Of a stretch of 64,000 bases of DNA, positions 9,801 to 20,345 are shown piece by piece. The DNA comes from an uncultured Verrucomicrobiae bacterium (GTDB taxonomy: Bacteria; Verrucomicrobiota; Verrucomicrobiia; Limisphaerales; JAFGQR01): NCBI GenBank assembly GCA_963788655.1, contig CAWBHS010000089.1:1-64000 (forward strand), given 5' to 3'. Under the pieces are notes generated by a model that saw only the letters and a list, made by a program, of their open reading frames with translations, was not told the DNA's origin and did no database searches. Within the stretch, counting starts at the first letter, position 1. The number at the start of each line of letters is the position of its first letter. Made by a program: the position numbers and the translations under genes.

Positions 9801-12800
9801 CATGCACCGACGTCAGCACTGAGGTGCCATTGGTGACATAGGGGTAAATGTAGGTTTCGGTGTGATCGACACGGGCAGCCCAGGCCAATGGGGAATCGTA
9901 GTACATACCAGCCGAGTGTATCGTTGATACGGTCCGGAAGCAAGCCCCACCAATGGTTTCGTCATGGTCCACATCCAAGGCGTCAATCGTGCCAAACGGT
10001 CCAAAACTCCTCCTGATGAAGCGTCACTTGGCCGTCGGGCTCCAATTCTTTCCACTTAAACCCATATTGTCATAAAATGACTGGCGGAACGGGTAAGGAG
10101 TGGTCGCCGCCGCATAAACTGTCTTATACTGGCGCCCAGCCATGTCTGTGTAGGTTTTGATCCACTCACTGGCCGCTCCATTGATTTCCTTGACGTACGC
10201 AGAGGTAATGTTGGTCCCAGCCCCGTTGGTGCCGGCCAATTCGATGCCGTAATCGTAGGACACGGGAACGCCGCCGTGCCGGCCACCTCGGCAGAGGCCC
10301 CGTCCTGGCAAAATACCGCTCCAACCGTGTGCTTTGATCCGGATAGGTGCGTTGCCGCACGCGGTAGCCGTTGGCATCGACATAGTTCGTGAAGGTCGTG
10401 GTGTTGCCAAGGGCGTCGGTACTGCTGATCCGTTGCCCGGCGTCATCGTAGGTAGACACTGCTGAGGGTGATCGCCGAGTCATCCGAGCCATAGCGGACC
10501 GTCGCCAGCACGCGCCCCGCGGCGTCCAAAGCGTTACTGGTGGTGGTCCCGTTGGCCGTGGTGGTGGTCAGGCGCTTGAGCGGATCGTAGCCGTACGTCG
10601 TCACAGTGCCCTCCCGGTTAGTGAATACGGTCAGCCCACAACACCCGTAGGCGCTTTGCGTAAAGGTGCCGTCCAGGTAATCCGTCCGCCGGGCGCGATG
10701 GTCCGCATCAAAGTCACTGTAGACTTCATGGCGGTTGGTCACGTAGCCCGTTGCCAGCCACCAATCGATGACCGTCGCGGTCGTTCACGAGTTCCCCGTG
10801 GGACCCGTTACCATGATATTGGTCTTACGCCTATTCGATGGTCATATAATCAAGCGGATTCCAGGACACAACAATATTGGTCATTGTAGCCATTACTCGT
10901 CCATAGAGTAATAAACATCCTGCACATCTCAATGTAATGCGGTTGTAGTCCCCTTGGCTCTTTGCAAGCTGCCCCATAAAGTCCCCGCTGCTGTAATATT
11001 TGTAGGTCGTGACCAGATTGTCCTCATCATTCCAGGCCGCCCCCGCCGTCTGACACTGGATTTCCCGCCGCTCCCACGGTTTGACCACCGTGTAGCGCCG
11101 CGAAACCTCTTCGCCCAACAGGTATTCCACGGTCCGCCGGGGCGTCAGCGGTTGCAGGTCACCTTCGTCCCCGGAGCCGGACACGACATCATTGGTGTAC
11201 GTGTTTTCCACCAACCGGCACAGACTGGCGTTGGTGGTCGGCTCCTGGTTCTTAAAGCCGGAAAAGACTTGGAGCGGTCGCTGCTGCGCATCATACACAT
11301 ACCATTCCCAGGAACCGTCGGCGCGCACGACTTTCTTGCAGGGTCCCATCGTCGTAATACGCGTAGGTGTTGGTCTGCGCCGCGGTCCCGCTCCCCGTCA
11401 CTTCGGCCACCAACCCCTCGCCCCAGTCGAAGGTTTCATACTGCTGCACCCCCACCTGCACCGGGTCGTCCTCCCCTTCCCACACGGTCTTGGTCACCGT
11501 CCGGGTGTCGTTGGTGGTCGCGGTCGTGGCCCGTTCGTGGCGCATCCCGTCGCCCTGCGTCAACTGCCAGGCCCCGTCCACATACTCAAAATCATACACC
11601 GTCGAGTCCCCGTCGTGGGACGCGGTGATGCGCACCTGGTTGGTTTCCCCGGCGCTCCCGGGATTGGACACGGTGTTGGTGGCAAAGGCATTGCCGGTGG
11701 TCTGGTAGAGCCCGTTGGAGAAGCCGGTGACCTCGCTCGCCCGGTAATACACCACCCGATACTGGTTGGTCGAGTCCACCAGCACGTCGGCCAGCAGGTC
11801 GCGGAGTATAGACCTGCCGCAGGCCCTGCCCGTCGGTAATTCGCGTCGTTGCTTTCCAATCGTACGGATACTGCAAGGTGGCCGGGGTGTAGAGCGCATA
11901 ACTGGGACCGGTTTCGTTGATCACCAAGGCGCCCGCGCCCACGCCGCCGGCAAGCTGGCCCATGCCCATCCGCACCTTGAGGTTGCCGGTTTGTTCCACA
12001 ATCGAAGGGGTCACCGCAGCCGGGGCACACGAGCCGCTGCCCCCGCCGCAGGAGTCGCACCAGGCCACGACCAGATTGGTCTCGACCATGCAACCATTGG
12101 TGCCCACCGCTCGAATCAGGATCGCCCCTTCGTTGGTACCCGCGGTGATCAGGGCATTCGTTTCGTCACCAATAACCCAATTGGTCAGCGTACAGCCCAG
12201 CGTATTGGTTGATGCAATCGACCAGACCGCCTCGGGCACAGCACTCGGGTTCGACAGCGATGCCAAGGTGGTCGATTGTCCGTCCGGCGGCAGGGGGTAT
12301 TGACTGAAGTCGATGCTCGAGGCGACAACCGAACGCAGTTGCACGGTCCAACTGCCCGGCTCGCCACTTTCGATATATGTTGTCTTAATGCCGTTAATGC
12401 GTAGTTCATAACAGGAGCTGTTGGTAAGCGTGAAAGTGATTTGCAGATCATGAAAGCAGTCGCATTCCGAGTCCGCTATCAACGTGTAGGTCTGATTGAC
12501 GGTTAAGTCTACGTTGCCGGCATCGCTCTGCACCAGATCGTAACAATCGGTGTTATCAGGATCGCTCCCAGAAATTGTGACGCTATTCAAGGTGACAGAA
12601 AAATTAGTGGTACCAGCCCTAGCCGAAAAACTGACCGTATCGGCCGCCAGTCGGCTGGCGCAACAGAGTAGCCCGATCAGCAAACACAGCAGTCCGCAAG
12701 TTCGCCGGCCAAGCAAGTGGGCCACTAACGACGGGTAATTGCCGGAAGGAGGTTGCATAAGCGATTTGCTGGCGAGGCTGAAAGGCTCGGTTCGAGTAGT

Positions 12801-12818
12801 AGATTCGTGTGTTTTCAT
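6799..12818 (-). CDS. RHS/YD-repeat polymorphic toxin, split by multiple frameshifts; C-terminal toxin tip ~6799-7440
   Basis: AAGGAG RBS before ATG 12818; hydrophobic signal-like N-terminus; many YD repeats; core YEYDPFGN..NPMRFS..GRWLSLD..NLY..NDPLLFIDILG; GC drops after the core. Confidence 0.9.
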
Positions 12819-12835
12819 TTGGAGATCTCCTTGTT

Positions 12836-15056
12836 TTATTGCAGCGGGGTGAACACGGTTAGTTTGACCGTCCCATTGGTATCCTCGGCCGACCCCCAAA
12901 TCAGCGGGTTGCGTCCTTGGAGCACTTCGACATAATCACTGACCCCGTCATCGTCGCTATCCGTGTCATTGGGATCGGTGCCATACACATAGACCTCGTC
13001 CCCATCGCTCAGGCCATCGCCGTCGCTATCCAGCGGTTCGCCGCTGCCATCCACCGCCACGTAGTGGTAGCCAATGTCCACCACCGAGTTGGTTTCCATG
13101 ACTTGGTTGGTCGTCGTGGTGTAGTGGTACAAGCCCGCATTGGTCGCGTTCATGCTGCCGACGTTGATCAAGGTGCTCAGCAATCCACCATTCGTTGGGT
13201 AGTAGTAGTCGCCCAAGGGGCCCACCACGAAATCCAGCGCGCTGTTGGTTAAAACGACGTCATTGGTGCTGGAGGGATCCAGTTGCGTGTAGTTGGTCAC
13301 GTAACCATTGTAACTACTGGACAAGGTGGTCCCGCCGCCGTTCGTTACGCTGGTTTTGTCGAACAAGTTGTCAGTGGCGGTCCACGAACTGCCGGCGGCA
13401 TTTGTGAGCACCAGCACGCCTTCCTCGAACAGACAGTTGCGCAACTCCAATACCGTTGGGTAACTGGAGTTTTGCGTCGTGCTAACCCGTTCCAGCAGCG
13501 TATTCGTCACCGCCATTGTGACGTTCGACGCGCCCGGCGACGTCTGGAAATAGCCGCCCCGGATTTGCGAATCCCGGAAGATCATCGGATCGACATAACC
13601 CTCGTCAGGATTTTGATTGAACAGGTAGGTCCCGCAGAGCATCGGAAAATCGGTAAACCGGAACTTTGCAACGGGAGCAACGGCGGGGGCCGGGTAAACA
13701 TCGGCGAACATGGGAGCGCCGTTGGTACTGTTGCCCAACGGCAATTCCTGGACGCAATGAGTCCGGACAAACCCGTTGAGGGCCGATGGTGTCCCTTCAC
13801 TGAGCACCAGGGCCTCGCTGTCCAAGCACAGGCCCCAATTGGTCGCCGCGGCATCAACGCCGATGACGGCTCCGTTGGTCACGAGCACGGTGGCATTGGT
13901 CACCGTGACATCTGCCAGCAGGTAATCCAGCGGCGGGTAATGGTAACCCAAATCCGGGATGTCGGTATCGCGGAGCGCTTGGGGGCTCCAAGTTACCGAT
14001 TCGGAGATGAGGCTGTTGGTGAATTCCGTCGGCGGATACGTCGTCATCTTTTTGAGGTCGGCCAACAGATCAGCGTTGATGTTGGTGGTGCCGGCGTCCC
14101 GATACTCACTGTCTGCCGCCAGATAGTGCGCACCCGCGCCCACGGTTTGAAAGATGCCCGTGTCGTCCAGGTTCGTCGCCACGTTGCTACCGGAGTAAAC
14201 CAAACCGTTGGTCACCGAGATCAAGAGACAGTTGGTCAGGTTCAAGGTGCCGGAGCCTATGCGCAACACGTTCATATTATGAAAAGTACTCTGTTCGGCC
14301 ACATGGGTCAGCCCGCCGACGCCCATTTGAATTGCCCACAGGCGCACTTTGTAGAACAACACATTGCGCAGGATTAGGGGTTTTTCAGTTAGAATTCCAA
14401 TGTAACTGTCTTCGGTCTGCGCATGCGACAACTCGAAGCTCGCAACCGCGCTACTCACCTGGAACGCCCTCGTCATATACCGACAATGAAGGTGATGCAG
14501 CTTGTAATCCGAAGCGCCCGTCAGGTAGAAAGGGTAGCCATACCAGTTGGCTGGTGAACCACTGGAACCGCTAATTGTTTCGCCGACGGTGTCGTCGTCC
14601 TTGGCCGTAAAGATGGCCGGGAGATACGCGCTGGTGCGGCAGTCAATCGGACCCTGAAAGGTGATGGTGCAATTGCTCAGCTTCACGACCGTTCCGCCTT
14701 GAATTGTGGTGGTTCCGCTTAAATTGACTGCTGCCGCTGGCGTAATAGGTGAGTCCGGCTTGGAAAGTAAAATTACTTGAACTGCCCATGGTCTGATAGT
14801 CCAAGACCAGCCCGCTTTCCGCGCGTCCTGCCTGGGCCAGTTGCATCTTCGGTTTTTCGGTGCGAATGGGGGGCGAAGCAGGCAGAAAGCTTCTCCCAAT
14901 TGGGCTGCTGGTGTTACCCTGACTGGCTAACATCGTCTTGCGTTTGGAGCCGCCAACGGCCGCCGACTCTGGCAACCGGTCCAACTGCGGCGCGATCTGG
15001 AAATACTCCACCTTTTCAATCAGCAACTGCCAAAAGTTGCTGGTGCAGCTTCGCAA
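12836..15056 (-). CDS. Large secreted beta-rich protein with C-terminal thrombospondin-3-like Ca-binding repeats (frameshifted, 5' end unclear)
   Basis: Two D(L/I)GYHY modules and DSDGDGLSD..DTDSDDDGVSD; ORFs 14643-15056 and 12836-14899 join near 14730. Confidence 0.7.
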
Positions 15057-15577
15057 GCTGCCCCGCAGCGGTCGAGGTTGTCTTGCGGTGCTGCTTGGCC
15101 CCTACCGCAAATGTCCACGTCTCACCGGCGACGGCCACCCATTGAATGGGCAAGCGCCGCACCGCCTTGGCTCCGCTCAGGTTGGTGAACCCGTCTTCGA
15201 ATGCCGGCCCGCGCATCAGCCCATGAGGCCGATGAAGGCGGCCGGGGGTGGCGTTGCATATCGTGGCCAAAGCGTCGCCGCAATAGCCCTCTTCCCTGCC
15301 GATAGGTTGCCAATCCTCAATCCGTTCCAACCCACTTCCCATAACAATTCTCCTGCGTACCCTTTATATACGGGAGAAACTGCCTGATCTTTCAAAATTT
15401 CGACCTCGATGAGGCATTTTTAGCGGGATCAAACAAAGCCATACGAACACATTATGGCAGCAAGGCGCTGGGACACTTGCCATTGGTTCGAGTTCGTTCG
15501 CAGTTTTTCCGCAGGAATACGGCTAACCGTCCAGAGGCCAATGCCTCGCGCTAGAGTATCGGAATGGTGCCAGCCCG

Positions 15578-15732
15578 GTAGCGCAGATTTGCAGTCTGCC
15601 CAGCGCCACTCCAATCAGGAACGCCGCTGTGCCAGCCGCAGCGGCTCCGCGGCAAGCTTGGCTTCGGGAAGTTCCCAAGCGATGTCTCATTCGGCACTGC
15701 TGTGGCTGGTCCTGCGGACCCAGCCGCGCTCC
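15578..15732. repeat. REP-like palindromic elements
   Basis: GCAGATTTGCAGTCTGC hairpin, then an imperfect inverted pair GGAACGCCGCTG..CCAGCCGCAGC / GCTGTGGCTGG..CAGCCGCGCTCC. Confidence 0.6.
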
Positions 15733-15746
15733 GGTGTGAAATCCTG

Positions 15747-17126
15747 CTAGCCTGCGCGGGGCAAGATTTCACGCAATGCCTCCGCCAATTGCTCATACTG
15801 CGGCAGCGCATTGTAGAGTTGCGCGGAAATGCGCAGCAACCGCTTGGGCGGTGCCGGCCAGGGAATGAGGGGCACTTCGATACCGTATCGTTCCAGCAAC
15901 GTGTCCTGCAGCGGATCCAAATACAACGGCGACTTCATCGGTTGTCCGGTTGAGGCGTCGGGTATCGGCAGGGCCGCCAGCGCACCGATCATGGAGTTCG
16001 GACAGGGCGCGGGAATGCCGAGGGTTCGGCAAAGGACTTTTCGTCCAGCCAAGGCCAACGCCCGGTTGTGTCGCATTACGGCGGGCCAACCACCGGGCAA
16101 CCGCGAACCGAGGTAACGAATCGCATCGGGTACGCAAAGCCACGCCGAAGGATCCACGGTGCCCAGCCAGCCAAACTCGATCAGAAAACGTGACCGGTCG
16201 GCGCGCGGCGAATTGGCCCCGTGACTGATGGTGAGCGGACGGATTTGAGCTTGCCGATCCTCGCGTACGTGCAGAAAGGCTGCCCCTTTGGGCGCGCACA
16301 ACCACTTGTGGCAATTCCCCGTGTAGTACGTGGCGCCGAGTTGCTGCAAGTTGAGCGGCACCATGCCGGGGGCGTGCGCGCCATCGACCAGCGTCTCGAT
16401 GCCACGGGCTTCCAATTCCCGCACCAATCGGTGAACGGGAAACACCAACCCCGTTTGACTGGTCACGTGATCGACCAACGCCAGTCGCGTGCGCCGGGTG
16501 ACCGCGCGCAACACCGTTTCCAAAACCACCTCCGGCGATGGCAGCGGAAAGCGTACCTGCGCTTCCACGACCCGGACGCCCGCCCGTTTGGCCACGAAGT
16601 CCAACGCATTCCGGCAGGCGTTGTATTCGTGCGTGGTCACGAGCAATTCGTCGCCGCGCTTAAACCGCAGTGAGCGGAGCACTGTGTTGACCCCGGTGGT
16701 GGCATTGGGCACGAAAACCAAGCTGTCAGCATCGGCGCCGAGGAATTGCGCCAGTTCAAGACGCGCTGCGTCCAACAATCCCTCCAGCTCCCGCACAAAG
16801 AACCGCACCGGCTGACGTTCCATGCGGCGGCGCAATTCGTCCTGCTGCTTGAGAATTGCCTTGGGACAACTGCCAAAGGATCCGTGATTGAGAAACGTAA
16901 TCCGTCGGTTCAGCGGCCAGAGCGATGGATCGCAGGCTGGTGAATCGATGGGAGTGCGCTGCCTCGCCGACCTCTCTTCACGACGGGGAAATAGTGCTCG
17001 GCTGGATTGGGGACTTGGCCGAGACAATCGGCGGGAACGCCGTTTGGTGGCACTCGGGACCGCCGCGCTCGCTGCTTTTATGCGCGCGGCTGGCGCTTGG
17101 GAATTGGAACCTGACTTCGGACGCAT
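15747..17126 (-). CDS. Class V PLP aminotransferase (isopenicillin N epimerase / EgtE-like C-S lyase family); start uncertain
   Basis: FLNHGSFG, NATTGVN, VDGAHAPG, GNCHKWL (PLP lysine), RISAQLYN. Confidence 0.88.
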   Translation of the reverse strand: MRPKSGSNSQAPAARIKAASAAVPSATKRRSRRLSRPSPQSSRALFPRREERSARQRTPIDSPACDPSLWPLNRRITFLNHGSFGSCPKAILKQQDELRRRMERQPVRFFVRELEGLLDAARLELAQFLGADADSLVFVPNATTGVNTVLRSLRFKRGDELLVTTHEYNACRNALDFVAKRAGVRVVEAQVRFPLPSPEVVLETVLRAVTRRTRLALVDHVTSQTGLVFPVHRLVRELEARGIETLVDGAHAPGMVPLNLQQLGATYYTGNCHKWLCAPKGAAFLHVREDRQAQIRPLTISHGANSPRADRSRFLIEFGWLGTVDPSAWLCVPDAIRYLGSRLPGGWPAVMRHNRALALAGRKVLCRTLGIPAPCPNSMIGALAALPIPDASTGQPMKSPLYLDPLQDTLLERYGIEVPLIPWPAPPKRLLRISAQLYNALPQYEQLAEALREILPRAG

Positions 17127-17346
17127 AGATTTCGTTGGTTCGGATACTGATGCGGCATTGTTACATCGCAACCGGTCCTTCGATGGCCGGATACAGACGG
17201 CAGCCTACTTGAAGCAGAACAAAGAGGAAATTCGAAATCTGAAGATGTTCCGATTCGTAGAAGATTGGCCAAGCTGTGAGCTGCCGCAGGAACTTGGACT
17301 TCAGACCTTGCTGCTACTTCACCACAGCGGCATCGATATGCGGCAG

Positions 17347-18699
17347 TCAGCGACGGACATTGGTGCCGTGCCGGGTGGTCAGTTCGTAAGTGAACAGTTG
17401 CTTCTCATGCGGTTTGAGCGGCCGGAGGAACTTTACCGTGTCGGCATCGACCTTTTCGTATTTGGCTTCAGTCTTCAGATCCCAGTCGCCCGGAAAATTG
17501 CGCCGGATGTCCAGCACGATGGGAATGTCCTTCGAATTCTGGATTTCGAACTGCCACGTTTCCTCAGTGGTCCAGCCTTTGACGTTGCCGTCGGTGTCAT
17601 AGGCGATGTCAGTCTTCGCCCACGCCATCAGCGTGGGTTTGACCAACACTGCCTGATCGTTGCCCAATTCCATTTCCACGAACTCGCCGATGGGAATGTA
17701 TTTCACGCTGGTGCTGCCGACGAACGAATAGAGTTGGTCGTCGGTGACGAACCGAAACGCCTTCACGGCACCGTCGGGTAGCGGTTCCTTGCCGAGTTTG
17801 CTGGCGACTGAATTGGTGAAGCGGTAATAGCGCATGACCTGGTCGCCCCAACGTTCCTTCTCGAATTTGTAGTAGCTGGTAATCGGCACATCGGCGGCTT
17901 TGAACGAAGGCAACCGTTTGGCCCAGCCGTTGGGAATGGTGTCGCGTCCTTCCACGGTGTACAGAAAGTATTCGGAGAGGCCTTCCTTGACGATTTCTTT
18001 TTTGCGCGCGAGTTGCTCACCTTTGGCCACGCCGCTCTTGAACGCGTAAAAGGATCCGTAACGGAGTTCGCCATTGACTGCCAGCGCTCTGGTTACCGCA
18101 CCCACATCCTTCTTCTCCCCCTGTCGGGCCAGATCAACGATTTGCTCTACCAGCCGGATTACCCCGACCACCAGTCGTACTTGGGCATTCTCGTAGTCTT
18201 CACCACTGTGGTTGTCGACGCGCACATTGCCGGCCAACGTCATCTGATTCTCCGGCTTGGCGGCTTCGGCCACGTAGTCGGCCGACCAACTGATGCCGCT
18301 GGTGAAGTAACGAATCTCCACTTCCACCTCACCGGCGACTTCACTTTGGATGCGCCATTCCAGCGTATTGCTAACGCGAGGGGGAAAGCTCACGTCCAGC
18401 ACGTCCACCGCCTCCGCATGGGTTAGGGCTTGGAATTCCACGCTGGTTGGATCAATCAACGTATTGGCCCAGGAGAATTCGAGGTGATTCAATCCCCGGC
18501 GGAACGTCAAGACGCGTGTCTCTTTCACCAGCGTCAGGTCCACCGAGTTGTAAATGGTGAGTTGAACTGAATCGCGGGCGGGTAGGGTAACAAGGTTGAT
18601 GCGCCCGTAACCGGTGGCGGCTGTGAATAGGGCTAGGGAATAGAGGCCAAGGCGGATTAACGGAGCCGAACGTTTTTGCGTTGGGCGGTTGGTGGTCAT
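17347..18699 (-). CDS. DUF4139-family exported protein, paralog A
   Basis: Signal peptide; QLTIYNS.DLTLVKETR, IDPTSV, YFTSGISWSADY. Confidence 0.8.
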   Translation of the reverse strand: MTTNRPTQKRSAPLIRLGLYSLALFTAATGYGRINLVTLPARDSVQLTIYNSVDLTLVKETRVLTFRRGLNHLEFSWANTLIDPTSVEFQALTHAEAVDVLDVSFPPRVSNTLEWRIQSEVAGEVEVEIRYFTSGISWSADYVAEAAKPENQMTLAGNVRVDNHSGEDYENAQVRLVVGVIRLVEQIVDLARQGEKKDVGAVTRALAVNGELRYGSFYAFKSGVAKGEQLARKKEIVKEGLSEYFLYTVEGRDTIPNGWAKRLPSFKAADVPITSYYKFEKERWGDQVMRYYRFTNSVASKLGKEPLPDGAVKAFRFVTDDQLYSFVGSTSVKYIPIGEFVEMELGNDQAVLVKPTLMAWAKTDIAYDTDGNVKGWTTEETWQFEIQNSKDIPIVLDIRRNFPGDWDLKTEAKYEKVDADTVKFLRPLKPHEKQLFTYELTTRHGTNVRR

Positions 18700-18773
18700 G
18701 GGTTACCTGATGTAAGAGGAATTAACTGTCCCTTTGCCGTGGCGGCTAAGCCATAACTATGTAATTGCATTTC

Positions 18774-18918
18774 GGGAGCGCGCCCGCCTCGGGCGCAGCC
18801 AACCGGCGCCCTCGCCGGTTGGTCCGGTGACTGAGCAGTCACTAATTCGCGAGCCACTCGCGTGTTCGAAAGTGGTTGGCGAGGCGCCAACCACGGCGCC
18901 CGAGGCGGGCGCGCTCCC
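18774..18918. repeat. REP/MITE-like palindromic element
   Basis: Perfect 23-bp inverted repeat GGGAGCGCGCCCGCCTCGGGCGC with internal hairpins; flanked by direct repeat CGTGGCGGCTAAG (18738-18750, 18933-18945). Confidence 0.9.
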
Positions 18919-18956
18919 CTTTCGAACTGAATCGTGGCGGCTAAGTTGTGCATTGG

Positions 18957-20324
18957 TCAGCGGCGGACGTTTGTTCCGTGGCGGGTAGTCAGTTCGCACG
19001 TGAACTGTTGTTTCTCATGCGGTTTGAGCGGCCGGAGGAACTTCACCGTGTCGGCATCGACTTTTTCGTATTTGGCTTCGGTCTTCAGGTCCCAGTCGCC
19101 CGGAAAATTGCGGCGGATGTCCAGCACGATGGGGATGTCCTTCGAGTTTTGGATTTCGAACTGCCAGGTTTCTTCGGTCGTCCAGCCCTTCACGTTGCCG
19201 TTGTTGTCAAAGGCCAAGTCGGTCTTCACCCAGTTCATCATTGTGGGCTTGACCAGCACTTCCTGATCGTTGCCCAATTCCATTTCCACGAATTCGTCGA
19301 TGGGAATGTATTTCACACTGGTGCTGCCAACGAACGAGTAGAGCCGGTCATCGGTGATGAACCGAAACGCTTTCACGGCGCCATCGGGCAGTGGCTCCTT
19401 CCCGAGCTTGCTGGCCACCGAATTGGTGAAGCGGTAATAGCGTATGACCTGGTCACCCCAACGTTCCTTCTCGAATTTGTAGTAGCTGGTAATCGGCACC
19501 TCTGCGGTTTTGAAGGAAGGTAGCCGTTTGGCCCAGCCGTTGGGAATGGTGTCGCGGCCTTCCACCGTGTACAGGAAGTATTCGGAGAGGTCTTCCTTGA
19601 CGATTTCCTTCGGCTTGGCGGGCGCAAGCCGGTCCAATTCCGATAGACTCTTGCGAAGTTCTACTAGTCGTTCGCGCGCCGGCGCCGCGGCGGGGGCGGG
19701 AGCCGTTACCACCTTGGGTGGCAGCGGCCCTGGACGTCCCTGCTTGGCGAGGTCGGCGATGGGTTCGACCAACCGGATCACGCCCACCACCAGCCGCACT
19801 TGCGCATTGTCGTAGTCTTCCCCGCTCTGGTTGTTCACCCGCACCGCGCCGGCCAGCGTCATCGCCTTTTCATTCTTGAGCGCTTCGGCCACATAATCCG
19901 CGGACCAACTAATGCCGCTGGTAAAATAACGGATTTCCACCTGCACTTCCCCGGCAAACTCACTCTGGATCCGCCATTCGAGGGTGTTGTTGATCCGCGG
20001 TGGAAAACTGATGTCCAATACATCGACTTGATCCGCGTGGGACAGCGCCCGAAACTCGACGCTGGTGGGATCAATCAGGGTGTTGGCCCAGGAGAATTCG
20101 AGATGGTTCAACCCCTGCCGAAACGTCAGGAACCGGGTTTCTTTCACCAACGTCAGGTCGGCGGAATTGTAAATGGTCAGTTGGACCGAGGCGCGCTCGG
20201 GCAGGGTGACGAGGTTGATCCGGGCGTGGGAAGCGGCCGCGCCGCTGAACAACAAGGCGGCGAAGAGCCCATGGCATAAGGCAAATGGCAAATAACCGCG
20301 GCCAGGCGATTGGGGTGCGTTCAT
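18957..20324 (-). CDS. DUF4139-family exported protein, paralog B
   Basis: Near-identical to paralog A except for the signal peptide and a central variable segment. Confidence 0.8.
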   Translation of the reverse strand: MNAPQSPGRGYLPFALCHGLFAALLFSGAAASHARINLVTLPERASVQLTIYNSADLTLVKETRFLTFRQGLNHLEFSWANTLIDPTSVEFRALSHADQVDVLDISFPPRINNTLEWRIQSEFAGEVQVEIRYFTSGISWSADYVAEALKNEKAMTLAGAVRVNNQSGEDYDNAQVRLVVGVIRLVEPIADLAKQGRPGPLPPKVVTAPAPAAAPARERLVELRKSLSELDRLAPAKPKEIVKEDLSEYFLYTVEGRDTIPNGWAKRLPSFKTAEVPITSYYKFEKERWGDQVIRYYRFTNSVASKLGKEPLPDGAVKAFRFITDDRLYSFVGSTSVKYIPIDEFVEMELGNDQEVLVKPTMMNWVKTDLAFDNNGNVKGWTTEETWQFEIQNSKDIPIVLDIRRNFPGDWDLKTEAKYEKVDADTVKFLRPLKPHEKQQFTCELTTRHGTNVRR

Positions 20325-20345
20325 AAGCTCTACCCTCGAGGTTGG

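Noticed and set aside
15747..17126. Beta-lactam biosynthesis (cefD)
   Set aside because: No ACV synthetase or IPNS nearby; this family includes widespread C-S lyases
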